From: Candidatus Brocadiia bacterium | Lineage (GTDB): Bacteria > Planctomycetota > Brocadiia > SM23-32 | DNA length: 64,000 nucleotides | Reading direction: 5' to 3' | Assembly: GCA_046538485.1 (NCBI GenBank) | Contig: JBKHIT010000017.1 | Span: 17,886 to 81,885 of the forward strand | Position numbers and translations under genes: made by a program | The notes under the pieces: model-generated | What the model saw: only the letters and a program-made list of their open reading frames with translations | Told to the model about the DNA's origin: nothing | Databases searched by the model: none | Shown: piece by piece, positions 21,111 through 31,281 of the stretch | How the letters are laid out: every line of letters starts with the position of its first letter | How positions within the stretch are numbered: the stretch's first letter is position 1

Positions 21111-21950
21111 ATGTTCAGTAGAATAGGCCAGACATTCGACCTGATGAAAATGTCGTGGCAGGTGCTGAAAAAAGACAAAGAAATGCTGTTTTTTCCTCTG
21201 CTGTCAGCTATCTCCTGTCTTATCGTCCTCGCCTCATTCTTTGTTCCGCTGAACGCCACCGGGAACCTCGCTCCTCCGGGCGAAGGAGCGTCTTCAGTTC
21301 AAGAGATTATTTATTGGGCAATTGTGTTTCTTTTCTATTTCTGCAACTATTTCGTCATTATTTTCTTTAATTCCGGACTGATCGCCTGCGCTATCATCCG
21401 GTTCCGCGGGGGCAACCCAACGGTTATGGACGGAATCCGGGCTTCTCTGGCGCGTCTCCATTGCATCATCGGCTGGGCATTGCTGGCTGCTACTGTCGGG
21501 CTTGTGCTCAGAATGCTGGAAAGTCGATTTGAAAAAGCTGGTCGAATTATCTCCAGCATACTGGGAACTGCCTGGACTATCATGACATATCTCGCGGTCC
21601 CTGTTCTCGTTATCGAAAAGACAGGGCCCATTGAGACGTTCAAACGTTCTACCGGCCTGCTGAAAGATACCTGGGGGAGTCAGCTGGTGGGAGAATTTGG
21701 TTTTGGACTACTTTTCTTCATGCTTTCCCTCCCGGCAGCTGTCTTTGTCTTTCTGGGATTCCTCGGCGGCACAGCCCTGACGCTATCCGCCGGTATCGCG
21801 GTCGCTGTTCTCTATATGATTATAATTGGGCTTGTACAATCGGCACTGCAGGGCATCTTCCAGGCGGCACTTTATCTCTACGCTGCCGACCAGGAAGCTC
21901 CGGAGGGATTCGATACTTCTTCGTTGAGTAATGCAATCCATGAACGCTAA
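21111..21950 (+). CDS. Conserved membrane protein (DUF6159-like)
   Basis: AGAGGAGG RBS; SWQVLKKDKEMLFFP, VPVLVIE, KDTWG; about 6 TM helices. Confidence 0.75.
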   Translation: MFSRIGQTFDLMKMSWQVLKKDKEMLFFPLLSAISCLIVLASFFVPLNATGNLAPPGEGASSVQEIIYWAIVFLFYFCNYFVIIFFNSGLIACAIIRFRGGNPTVMDGIRASLARLHCIIGWALLAATVGLVLRMLESRFEKAGRIISSILGTAWTIMTYLAVPVLVIEKTGPIETFKRSTGLLKDTWGSQLVGEFGFGLLFFMLSLPAAVFVFLGFLGGTALTLSAGIAVAVLYMIIIGLVQSALQGIFQAALYLYAADQEAPEGFDTSSLSNAIHER

Positions 21951-22008
21951 CCGGGGGCAGTATTTGCCCGAATTTCTCGTGTTCCAGCGCCGATACCTGT
22001 AAACCTTC

Positions 22009-24237
22009 TTATAGCTCCCACGTGCGCCACTCATTCGTCACGCAACGCGTTCTGTTGCCAACCGTAACATCACGTTGGTCACCATCGGTCTTCAGCTCTA
22101 TCGTTTCGTGGGTTAAGCGTACGAAAATCCGGCTTCCTCTGAATTTGATACGGAACGCAAGACTATCCCACTGCTCAGGCAACGACGGATCGAACACCGG
22201 GATTCCTTCTCGTAATATGAAGCCGCCGAAACCATGAACAAGAGCCTGCCATGTCCCTCCCAGCGACGCTGCGTGGATACCGGTGTCGTTTTCAGCGTAT
22301 TCACCAAAATCCAGTTCGGCATCACGTATAAAAAGATCATACGCCCGCTCGAGGCGTCCCACCCGAGCACCGAGAGCGGCATAAATACTACGACTCAAAC
22401 TTGAAGCGTGCGTCGAACGCGCCTCGTAGTAATCAAACCCTTTCCTGCGGGTCTCTTCCGAAAAATCATCCGGGAAAAGATAATACAAGAGCACCGTATC
22501 GGCCTGTTTGCTTAATTGTGTGGGTTTCATGCTGTGAAGAACGGGACCGGTAAACATTTTTTGAGTCATATCTCGATCCGGACGTTCGTCCTTCAGATCG
22601 AAGAAACCTTCAAATTGCTCGTGGATTCCTTTTTCATCGTCAAACGGAACGTAAAACTGATCCGCCATTTCCCGCCAGAGCGCGGTCTCATCGGACTCGA
22701 TATCCAATTCCTGCCCCACGGATAAAGCCCCATTGGTCTCCTGCAATTCGTCAATTGCGTCGGCCGCCCGCTTGAGATTCCAGGCCGCAAGGTAATTGGT
22801 CAAGGCATTATTGTCGATGCCTGTGTGAATTTCGTCGGTCCCGGTAATATTTAAGATTACATACGCCCCTTTCTCTTCATCCCATTCTGCTCGGTCCACC
22901 CAGTATCTCGCCGCTTCCACTACCAGCGGAATGCCACAGTTCGCGAAGAATTCGGGCGCGTTCACAGCAGACTGATAACGATCAACGGCGTATGCGATGT
23001 CGGCCTGGAGATGATCCTGCCAACCCAATCCACCGTAGCTGCGTTCTTTCGCGTCTATTGAAGTATTCCACGGAAATCGCGCTCCCTTCATATTCATCTC
23101 GCGCGCATTTTCCCGTGCATCCGGCAGAAATCGGCAACGGTAGCTGAGAAGCGCTTGAGCCACCGCCGGCCGCGTATAGAGGAAAAATGGAAAGAGGTAA
23201 ATCTCAGTATCCCAAAAAATAAGTCCTTTATAGCCGTTGCCGTGGAGCCCTTTGGCGCCGATGCTGACGGTATCATCGTCGATCCCGAGGGAATTAAGAT
23301 GAAAGATATTGAACCGTACGGCTTTTTGGGCTCGCGGATCGCCTTCGATAATAACATCCGTGTCATCCCACAGTCTTTTCCATGCATCAACATGTTCCCG
23401 CACCAGTTCCCCGCAGGTGAGACCTGATATCGCGTCAAGCTCCTCTTTCGTAATTTCAGGGACAACGGCACAATCGCGGGAGTTGTAAAAAGCTGCCCGT
23501 TTCTCAAAACCAATCGGCTCTCCTTCAGGAAGCTCAAAGGTCATGGTTTCCGATAGCTTATCTTCCTGCACTCGACTGGAACGTTCTGCTTCAGACTCGA
23601 CGCAAAGCTGAGTTGCGCAGGCCACTTCAATTTCTGACTCCGCTGTCACAGTTGAAAGAAAAATGCCGTTCTGCCCCATGTCCGCCACGCTCATTTTGGC
23701 GTAGTGGCTCGTCTCCGAACTCGAACCATACTTCGTTTTCCACCCATCTATTTCGCTGGTCAACCGCGTGTGCCCGGTGTAATTGACAGCCGTGAGCCGC
23801 CCCCAGACCAGACCACAGTGGCGCCGTGCCAAATGTATCAAACGTGCACTCTCCCAACGTGTTTCCCGTCTGGCATCATCTCGCCACAGCACATTTGTCC
23901 AGAGAATGCCCTGTTTCATGTCGAGTGCCCGGGAATATTCGAGGATTTCCCCGCTTCGAAGATCAAAATCGAAGCCGTCCATGTTTGCATTCAGCCCGAT
24001 CCAGCAGGGCAAATTGACAATTTCATACTGGTGGCCGGCAAGATCGTAAACTCCCGCCATGTAGAACCCTGGATCCCCCAGATTAATGTTGAACGGAAGA
24101 CTTCCCCGTAACCCCCCATAACCATTAGCAAGGGCAAAAATTGTTTCGTAATGCTGAATCTCAAAAGGTTCAAATTTTTCTTCCAAAATCAGCCATTCGG
24201 ATGGAGCCGGTTTACAAACCGTATCAAATCCCAGCAT
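22009..24237 (-). CDS. Glycoside hydrolase family 65 (kojibiose/trehalose/maltose phosphorylase-like)
   Basis: ETIFALANGYGGLRG, GYKGLIFWDTE, GTDEIH, KQAD, HASSLS, GIHAASLGGTWQ. Confidence 0.93.
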   Translation of the reverse strand: MLGFDTVCKPAPSEWLILEEKFEPFEIQHYETIFALANGYGGLRGSLPFNINLGDPGFYMAGVYDLAGHQYEIVNLPCWIGLNANMDGFDFDLRSGEILEYSRALDMKQGILWTNVLWRDDARRETRWESARLIHLARRHCGLVWGRLTAVNYTGHTRLTSEIDGWKTKYGSSSETSHYAKMSVADMGQNGIFLSTVTAESEIEVACATQLCVESEAERSSRVQEDKLSETMTFELPEGEPIGFEKRAAFYNSRDCAVVPEITKEELDAISGLTCGELVREHVDAWKRLWDDTDVIIEGDPRAQKAVRFNIFHLNSLGIDDDTVSIGAKGLHGNGYKGLIFWDTEIYLFPFFLYTRPAVAQALLSYRCRFLPDARENAREMNMKGARFPWNTSIDAKERSYGGLGWQDHLQADIAYAVDRYQSAVNAPEFFANCGIPLVVEAARYWVDRAEWDEEKGAYVILNITGTDEIHTGIDNNALTNYLAAWNLKRAADAIDELQETNGALSVGQELDIESDETALWREMADQFYVPFDDEKGIHEQFEGFFDLKDERPDRDMTQKMFTGPVLHSMKPTQLSKQADTVLLYYLFPDDFSEETRRKGFDYYEARSTHASSLSRSIYAALGARVGRLERAYDLFIRDAELDFGEYAENDTGIHAASLGGTWQALVHGFGGFILREGIPVFDPSLPEQWDSLAFRIKFRGSRIFVRLTHETIELKTDGDQRDVTVGNRTRCVTNEWRTWEL

Positions 24238-24477
24238 GTGTTTTATATCTCCGCTATTCAAGGGAAAACTCCAGAGGAAGTATACCATCGCGGTGCCTTC
24301 TTGCCAAAAGACACTACTGGTCTGTTCCACTTGGTTTTGTGTGTTCAGCAGGACGTCGGCGGTTTTTTCTTGTCGCCGTATTGCCCTTAGCAAACAAATA
24401 TGATAGAATGGGTAACAGTTATGTGGCAATACAGTCCGTCGCATATTTCTTTCATCTTGATGTAAGGGAGGACGAGA

Positions 24478-24645
24478 ATGTACAGGTTAGTTATCGCAGT
24501 CGCTGTTTTGGCGCTAAGCTGGGGTGTTGTAGGTTGCGACAGGGAAGAACCGGCAGAAACCACATCCCCAACGGTAGAAGAGGAAGTTGAAGAAACTGCG
24601 GAAGAAGAAATTGAAGAAACTACGGAAGAAGACGTTACTGAGTAA
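24478..24645 (+). CDS. Small acidic lipoprotein (55 aa; absent from the ORF track)
   Basis: AGGGAGG RBS; MYRLVIAVAVLALSWGVVG-C lipobox; mature part DREEPAETTSPTVEEEVEETAEEEIEETTEEDVTE; followed by a terminator. Confidence 0.8.
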   Translation: MYRLVIAVAVLALSWGVVGCDREEPAETTSPTVEEEVEETAEEEIEETTEEDVTE

Positions 24646-24671
24646 CTGAACAATCTCGCAAATTACATAAT

Positions 24672-24722
24672 GGGGCTGCAGCCGTCAGGTCACGTATTAT
24701 CGGCTGCGGCCCCTTGTTTTTT
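24672..24722 (+). terminator. Intrinsic terminator between the lipoprotein gene and convergent metW
   Basis: GGGGCTGCAGCCG ... CGGCTGCGGCCCC stem followed by TTGTTTTTT. Confidence 0.7.
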
Positions 24723-24732
24723 GCAACTGGCA

Positions 24733-25380
24733 TTATGCGCCTACCGAACGATTCATCCCCTCAATGGTTTCGTTCATAGTTTCAGTTTGATGCTTTTCGA
24801 TCACGAATGTCGCACTGGCAGCGAGAAAATTGGCGACCAGTTTAGGGATACGCTGATACGTAGCAGTAAAAAACGCCGCGTCAATGATACGGTAATGCCG
24901 CGCTGTGCAGAACTCGCGGAAATCTTTCACCGTCAGTACTCGCAGGTTGGGCGTATTATACCAGTTATAGCGAAGAACTTTCGTCTTGGGAGCTCGGCCT
25001 TTCAGCAGCAATTGAAGACGGATCGACCACTGTCCGAAGTTGGGGAAACTGATAATGGCCCTTCTTCCCACCCGCAACATTTCTTCCACTATGCGCACGG
25101 GCTTAAGAGTCTGCTGGAGAGTCTGGCTCAGAACAACACAATCGAAACTGCCGTTGGCAAACATACCCATCCCTTCAAGCATGTCCCCATGATAGACCGA
25201 CACACCGCGTCGGATGCAGGAACGCACGGCCGCTTCGTCAATATCTATACCGCACGCATCAACATCTTTGTCCTCGGAGAGACGTTCAATCAACGAACCA
25301 TCCCCGCAACCCAAATCCAGCACCCGGGATTGGGAAGGCACGTGCGCCTCAATGTAGCGATAATCTCCGCGTTCCAGCAT
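24733..25380 (-). CDS. metW: Methionine biosynthesis protein MetW
   Basis: RVLDLGCGDG, LSQTLQ, SFPNFG, WYNTPN; follows metX. Confidence 0.95.
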   Translation of the reverse strand: MLERGDYRYIEAHVPSQSRVLDLGCGDGSLIERLSEDKDVDACGIDIDEAAVRSCIRRGVSVYHGDMLEGMGMFANGSFDCVVLSQTLQQTLKPVRIVEEMLRVGRRAIISFPNFGQWSIRLQLLLKGRAPKTKVLRYNWYNTPNLRVLTVKDFREFCTARHYRIIDAAFFTATYQRIPKLVANFLAASATFVIEKHQTETMNETIEGMNRSVGA

Positions 25381-25415
25381 CAGTAGTCCTCAAAATGCTA
25401 CCGGTTATTCTCCGC

Positions 25416-26540
25416 TCAAATCTCGTCCTGCATATTACGCAGAAAACTGCTGATAACCTCCTCGAGCCGGCTATTCTTGATTAAGAAGACATCATGGCCG
25501 TAAGGCGATTCCATTTCGCAATAGCTTGCTCTGACACCGTTGGTCTGTAAGGCCCGCACGATCTGCCGGGATTGATAAGCCGGGAAAAGCCAGTCCCCTG
25601 TAAAAGAAAGCACCAAGAACCGACTTTTCATATCCGCGAAAGCTGAGACGAGCGATCCGAAGTCGGTAACCAAATCGAAATAATCCATCGCTTTGGTAAT
25701 ATAAAGGTAGCTGTTGGCATCAAAGCGCTCCACAAATTTCCCGCCTTGATGTCGCAGATAGCTTTCAACCCGGAAGTCAGGCGGGCCAAAATCGTACCCA
25801 ACGTCCTCCCGTCCCTGAAGTCTTCTGCCAAATTTCTCGTGCATAGACTCATCGCTGAGATACGTAATGTGACCAATCATTCGAGCCACAGCGAGACCAC
25901 GATCCGGCGGTTCGGCGTTGTAATAGTCGCCACCGTTCCATTTCGGATCGGCGTAGATGGCCTGGCGCCCCACTTCATCGAATGCGATCGCCTGCGCGCT
26001 CAGCCTGGCAGCCGTCGCGATCGGTATCGCAGAATATACCATTTCGGGATATTCAATAACCCACCGCAATACCTGCATTCCCCCAAATGAACCACCGATC
26101 ACACAAAGAAGACGGTCCAGACCCAAATGTTCTGTCACCAACGCGTGCTGGACCTTCACCATATCTTGAACAGTCACCATGGGGAAATTCAGCCCATACG
26201 GTTCACACGTTGAAGGATTAAGCGATGCCGGGCCAGTGCTACCTTTGCAACCTCCGATGATATTGGAACAAATAATGAAATAGCGGTCCGTATCGATCGG
26301 TTTCCCCGGCCCCACCATCAGATCCCACCAGCCCTTTTTGCGGTCATCGGGAGAGTGGCGGCCGGCCACATGAGCGTCACCGGAAAGTGCATGGCAAATC
26401 AGAATCGCGTTATCGCGTTCCGGAGCCAGCTCGCCGTAGGTTTCATAAGCCACGTCTATCGGTCCGAGCCTGGCCCCACAGCGCAGTTCTCGTTCCTCAG
26501 GAGGGTGAGCAAACCGCCACGATTGAGCCTTAACAATCAT
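25416..26540 (-). CDS. metX: Homoserine O-acetyltransferase
   Basis: AYETYG, HALSGDAH, GGSFGG nucleophile elbow, RFDANSY, DWLFP, YGHD. Confidence 0.96.
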   Translation of the reverse strand: MIVKAQSWRFAHPPEERELRCGARLGPIDVAYETYGELAPERDNAILICHALSGDAHVAGRHSPDDRKKGWWDLMVGPGKPIDTDRYFIICSNIIGGCKGSTGPASLNPSTCEPYGLNFPMVTVQDMVKVQHALVTEHLGLDRLLCVIGGSFGGMQVLRWVIEYPEMVYSAIPIATAARLSAQAIAFDEVGRQAIYADPKWNGGDYYNAEPPDRGLAVARMIGHITYLSDESMHEKFGRRLQGREDVGYDFGPPDFRVESYLRHQGGKFVERFDANSYLYITKAMDYFDLVTDFGSLVSAFADMKSRFLVLSFTGDWLFPAYQSRQIVRALQTNGVRASYCEMESPYGHDVFLIKNSRLEEVISSFLRNMQDEI

Positions 26541-26651
26541 GCGTGTAACATTCTCCTCCCTCGGCAATCACGAACCGCCATTTGCTCGCGGGGCAACTAT
26601 GGGAACACCAAGCCAACGGTGGCATGTCATACGACTCATATGTGTACAATC

Positions 26652-27971
26652 TTATGGAATCCTCTTATTTGGTGTACAGCCTGACTGCAGATCCAGAGCC
26701 TGATCCAGATCGGATTTGATATCTTCCACGTCCTCGATGCCCACCGAAAGCCGCACAAAATCCTCCGTCACACCAGACTGATCGAGTTCTTCAGCACTGA
26801 GCTGCTGGTGCGTGGTACTGGCGGGGTGGATCGCGAGCGTCCTGGCATCCCCGATATTCGCAAGATGGCTGACGGTCTGGAGGTTATCGATGAAGCGTCG
26901 GCTGGCCTCCCGCCCGCCTTCCACCCCGAAACCGATCATACCACCGAACCCCCCATCGAGATATCGGGCCGCGAGTTCGTGTGTCGGGTGATCCGCCAAC
27001 CCGGGATAATTCACCCAGCTGACGCCGTCATGATCGGAGAGAAATGAAGCAATTTCCGCCGCATTCTCGCAGTGGCGTGGCATGCGAACGTGGAGCGTCT
27101 CGATTCCCTGGATGATAAGAAACGCGTTTTGCGGGCTAATACAGCCGCCCAGATCACGCAGTATCCGGCACCGCGCCCGCATGATGTAAGCGGCTTCCTC
27201 GAACCGTTCGGTGAAACTCACCCCATGGTAGGCGGGGTCCGGCTCGACCATCTCGTCGAACCGCCCACTGTCTTTCCAATCGAAATGTCCTCCGTCGACA
27301 AGCACCCCGCCGATACTGGTCCCGTGGCCACCCAGATACTTTGTCAGTGAGTGCACAACAATATCCGCTCCGTGCTCGAGCGGCCGGCAGAGCCACGGGC
27401 TTGCCATCGTATTGTCCACCATCAGCGGAATCCCGTGTTCGTGGGCCACATCGGCCAGAGCGCACAGATCCGGTACCGTCAGCCGGGGGTTGCCGAGCGT
27501 TTCGGTGTAGACGAGTTTCGTCCGATCCGTGATTGCCTCCGCAAATTCCGCCGGGGCATCCGTATCGGTAAAGGTCGTTTCAATCCCGAATTTATCTGGA
27601 AACGTCTGGCTGAACAGTGTGTATGTCCCTCCGTAGAGTCCGCTGGAAGCCACGATATGATCGCCGTGGCCCATCATCGTCAGGCAGCCGGCGTTTATGG
27701 CTGCCATTCCGCTGGCGAAGGCGAGCCCTCCGACGCCCCCTTCGAGCATAGAGACGCGCTTCTCAAGTACTTCCGTCGTTGGATTCATCAATCGCGTGTA
27801 AATGTAGCCCGGTTCCTCCAGCGCAAAAAGTCTTGCCGCGTGGTCGCTATCCTCGAAAAGGTACGAAGTTGTCTGGTAGATCGGCACGGCGCGGGCGCCG
27901 GTGTCAGTGTCAGGCGTATGACCCCCGAGCAGGCAGGCCGTGTCAAACTTCAGTTCGGGACTTTCGTCCAT
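26652..27971 (-). CDS. metY: O-acetylhomoserine aminocarboxypropyltransferase (sulfhydrylase)
   Basis: [32 protein letters not shown] lysine, HLANIGD, HPASTTH, RLSVGIE. Confidence 0.95.
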   Translation of the reverse strand: MDESPELKFDTACLLGGHTPDTDTGARAVPIYQTTSYLFEDSDHAARLFALEEPGYIYTRLMNPTTEVLEKRVSMLEGGVGGLAFASGMAAINAGCLTMMGHGDHIVASSGLYGGTYTLFSQTFPDKFGIETTFTDTDAPAEFAEAITDRTKLVYTETLGNPRLTVPDLCALADVAHEHGIPLMVDNTMASPWLCRPLEHGADIVVHSLTKYLGGHGTSIGGVLVDGGHFDWKDSGRFDEMVEPDPAYHGVSFTERFEEAAYIMRARCRILRDLGGCISPQNAFLIIQGIETLHVRMPRHCENAAEIASFLSDHDGVSWVNYPGLADHPTHELAARYLDGGFGGMIGFGVEGGREASRRFIDNLQTVSHLANIGDARTLAIHPASTTHQQLSAEELDQSGVTEDFVRLSVGIEDVEDIKSDLDQALDLQSGCTPNKRIP

Positions 27972-28007
27972 CGTATTCTCTCCTCAAAAGAAAGTGGGTT
28001 CTCGTTT

Positions 28008-29026
28008 CTAATTACCCACGTAGCGACTGTAAAATTGCCGGGCGACCGATTGGTCGGAAGTTCCCTGCACAATGGCCCGCCCGTTGGGAAAAATCGTCAT
28101 CGTGAGAGCATCATTTTCAATCGTCAGCAGATAGCCGTTGTAGTTGCAGTCGCAGCTCGATTTCAGTCTCTCGAGCAATTTATTCAAAGACAGTTTCTTC
28201 TGTTCCTCAGGCACAATCTGAACAGCTTCCCGACCGCAGAGCGCCCCTGCACTGGAACCTTTATTCCCGTTCAAAAAGTCGAACCGGAGGTGCCCGCAGA
28301 CAGGGCATTCGGCTCTTTTTTCCACTTTCACTGTTTCGAAAGTTCCCCGCCATACATCGCCCGTCACGAGTCCGGGGTCGCCGAAAGTTTCCGTAGCGAG
28401 CAGGCGGAGGGCGAAAGCTGCTTCGAGCGCCCCGACCAGTCCGGGGGCGGGATTAATCACACCGGCAGAATCGCACGTGGGCAGACTCCCGGGATTCGGC
28501 TCCCCGGGCATCATACATCGCAGACACCCGGACTGCCCCGGTCGCACGGGCATAACCGAAAAAGACGCGCCGACGGCACCGGCGTAAATCCAGGGGATAC
28601 CCAGCTTGACGGCTACATCATTGATCAGAAGACGGGTCTCAAAATTGTCGGTCCCGTCCAGAATCACCGTATACCCCTTGAGAAGTTTTTCCGCATTCGG
28701 CGAACGCAGGTCTTCGACCCGTGGGTCCAGCTTGACCTCCGAGTTGATGGAGCCGAGCGTTTTTGCTGCGGCCACGGCTTTTGGCAACTGGTCCTGCGCG
28801 TGGTCCTCATTGAAAAGAGGCTGACGGTGCAGATTCTGGCCCTGCACAAAATCCCGGTCAATAATTCTCAGTTCCCCGATCCCGGCGCGGGTCAGGCTCT
28901 CGCAGCGACAGTGCCGCCGACCGCTCCGCAGCCGACGACAACCGCGGACGCGGCGGAAATCCTCCGTCGCCCTTCACGGCCAATCGGGTCGAATAAGATC
29001 TGTTTTCTGTAGCGTTCTTCAATCAT
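28008..29026 (-). pseudogene. ThiF/MoeB family adenylyltransferase split by a 1-nt frameshift near 28900
   Basis: 5' frame [12 protein letters not shown]...VVGCGAVGGTVA stops at 28892; the next frame continues ESLTRAGIGELRIIDRDFV..NLHRQ, DGTDNFETR, CLRC, PTCDSAG, CPVC. May be a real lesion or a sequence error. Confidence 0.85.
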
Positions 29027-29450
29027 GCTGGGAGTCGGCGTCAGCCTCGTCTCCTGACTCGGAGGTATCTTTATCTTCACCGCGGTAATTCAAAACGGCG
29101 GCTTCCAGCGCTTCTTCAGCCAGCACAGAGCAGTGCTTTTTCTGCGCGGGCAGTCCACCCAGAGCTTCGGTGACCGCTTCATTGGAGACGGTGAGAGCCT
29201 CTTCAATGGTCTTTCCTTTCACCATTTCGGTCATGATGCTGCTGGTGGCGATGGCGGCCGCGCAGCCGAAGGTCTGGAACTTAACGTCGACGATGCGTTC
29301 TTCATTGACCTTGATGTAGATTTTCATGACGTCCCCGCAGACGGGGTTACCGACCTCCCCCACCCCGTCAGCGTCTTCCAGCTGACCGATGTTTTTGGGG
29401 TTCATGAAATGTTCCATTACTTTTTCAGTGTAACTCAACTCAGGTGTCAT
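29019..29450 (-). CDS. iscU: Fe-S cluster scaffold (IscU/NifU N-terminal type)
   Basis: [40 protein letters not shown]. Confidence 0.95.
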   Translation of the reverse strand: MTPELSYTEKVMEHFMNPKNIGQLEDADGVGEVGNPVCGDVMKIYIKVNEERIVDVKFQTFGCAAAIATSSIMTEMVKGKTIEEALTVSNEAVTEALGGLPAQKKHCSVLAEEALEAAVLNYRGEDKDTSESGDEADADSQHD

Positions 29451-30312
29451 TTTTTTCTCCCCTTGGTTCGGCATCTTTATTTTTGAGCACTTCATTCATA
29501 CTTCCCGTCCGGTAGCCTTCCAGATCCACCGCGACGTAGGTGAATCCGATCTTGTTGAGTTCCCGCGCGATTTCATTTTTGAGCGGCGAAGCGCTCAGTT
29601 CGGGCACCTTTTCCGGAATAACCTCAATCCGGGCGACATCTCCGTGGCTGCGCACCCTGCACTGCTGAAAACCCTTCTCTCGCAGGACCTTTTCCGCCTT
29701 TTCGACGCGCTGCATCTTTTCTTCTGTGATTTCCTCTCCGTAGGGAAATCGTGATGCCAGGCACGCCATTGAGGGTTTATCCCAGGTCGGCAATCCCATA
29801 CGTTTTGACAATTTTCGAATTTCATCTTTCTCGATTTCAGCTTCCTCAAGCGGGCTTCGCACACCGAGTTCACGGGCCGCGCGCCGTCCGGGTCGGTGAT
29901 CGGAAAGATCGTCCACATTGCTGGCATCGGCCACCCATTGAATACCCCGTTCTCGGGCCATAGAGAGCAGTTCGCCGAACAGCTCTATTTTGCAGTGATA
30001 GCACCGTTCCGGCGAATTTTGACGAAATTCTTCGTTTTCCAGTTCCGAACTCTCAATCATGACATGTTCGACCCCAATCGACTCCGCCAGCCGGCAGGCC
30101 TGCTCGCACTCCTCATCGCTGTAAGGAGCCGAGGTCGCCGTAACGGCCAGAACCTCAACGTCATCGATGTCAGCGGCAACTTTCACCAGGAAGGTACTGT
30201 CGACCCCGCCTGAGAAGGCGATCAACACGCTTCCCATTTCCTGCAGAATTTGTCGGAGGTGCCTTAGCTTGCTCTCGCAGGCAGGTCCTCCACTTTTTTC
30301 CTGTTTCGTCAC
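29440..30312 (-). CDS. larE: ATP-dependent sulfur transferase LarE family (CxxC...C type)
   Basis: [46 protein letters not shown]. Confidence 0.92.
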   Translation of the reverse strand: MTKQEKSGGPACESKLRHLRQILQEMGSVLIAFSGGVDSTFLVKVAADIDDVEVLAVTATSAPYSDEECEQACRLAESIGVEHVMIESSELENEEFRQNSPERCYHCKIELFGELLSMARERGIQWVADASNVDDLSDHRPGRRAARELGVRSPLEEAEIEKDEIRKLSKRMGLPTWDKPSMACLASRFPYGEEITEEKMQRVEKAEKVLREKGFQQCRVRSHGDVARIEVIPEKVPELSASPLKNEIARELNKIGFTYVAVDLEGYRTGSMNEVLKNKDAEPRGEKNDT

Positions 30313-30362
30313 GGCTCGTTCTCTCCTTTCAGCCTCCTCCGTTTTACCATCGGATCGCGCGG

Positions 30363-31277
30363 TCAGCTCGGGACGGCCTCAACCATTCTGTCAACGGCTT
30401 TCCGGGCCTGATGCCGGATCTTTTGGGGTACTTCGACCTGGTAGCGCATTTCTTCCAGCGACCAGAGAATCTTCTGAAGGTCTATCTGTTTCATATTCGG
30501 GCATATAGCCGCCTCGGAGACTGAGTAGAAGCGCTTCTCCGGATTTTCATCTCGCAGACGGTAGATAAGACCGATTTCCGTGCCAACAATCATTTCTTCT
30601 GCTTCACTCTCCCGGGCACGTCGACACATCCCCCCGGTCGATTCGACATAATCGGCCCGCCCACGCACGTCGGGGCGACACTCGGGATGCACCATTACTT
30701 CGGCGTCCGGATGTTCGGCGAGCCGTCTCTCTATATCTTCAACCAGAATTCGGGCGTGCGTTGGACAGTAGCCGTGATGCAGGATCAAGTCCCGGCCGGT
30801 CTGCTCCTGGACATAAGATCCCAGGTGCTGATCGGGAACGAAAATGACGGGGCGTCCGGGCGGTATACTGTTGACCACATCGACGGCATTGGCCGAGGTG
30901 CAACAGTAATCGCTCTCCGCTTTCATCGCCGCACTCGAGTTGACGTATGTAACGACAACCGCGTCGGGATTCTCACGTTTCATCTGACGCAATTTCTCCA
31001 CGGGACACATCCCGACCATCGGGCATCCAACGTTTTCCGCGGGGACAAGAACAGTTTTATCCGGACTGAGAATCGAGGCCGTTTCGGCCATAAATCGCAC
31101 GCCGCAAAAGACGATGACGGTCGCTTCGGTCTCGGCGGCTTCCCGGCTCAACCCGAGGGAATCCCCCCGAAAATCGGCGATGTCCTGCACCTCGGGCAGC
31201 TGGTAGTTGTGAGCCAGAATGATGGCGTCACGCTCGGTCCGGAGTTTTTGTATCTGTTTTTGGATCGTTTCCTGCAT
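30363..31277 (-). CDS. nadA: Quinolinate synthase
   Basis: LAHNYQ, GDSL, FCGVRFMAE, GCPM, YVNS, CCTSAN, CPTH, HPEC, CPNMK. Confidence 0.97.
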   Translation of the reverse strand: MQETIQKQIQKLRTERDAIILAHNYQLPEVQDIADFRGDSLGLSREAAETEATVIVFCGVRFMAETASILSPDKTVLVPAENVGCPMVGMCPVEKLRQMKRENPDAVVVTYVNSSAAMKAESDYCCTSANAVDVVNSIPPGRPVIFVPDQHLGSYVQEQTGRDLILHHGYCPTHARILVEDIERRLAEHPDAEVMVHPECRPDVRGRADYVESTGGMCRRARESEAEEMIVGTEIGLIYRLRDENPEKRFYSVSEAAICPNMKQIDLQKILWSLEEMRYQVEVPQKIRHQARKAVDRMVEAVPS

Positions 31278-31281
31278 GATC

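Noticed and set aside
27351..29012. 553-aa plus-strand ORF
   Set aside because: Antisense shadow of metY and thiF
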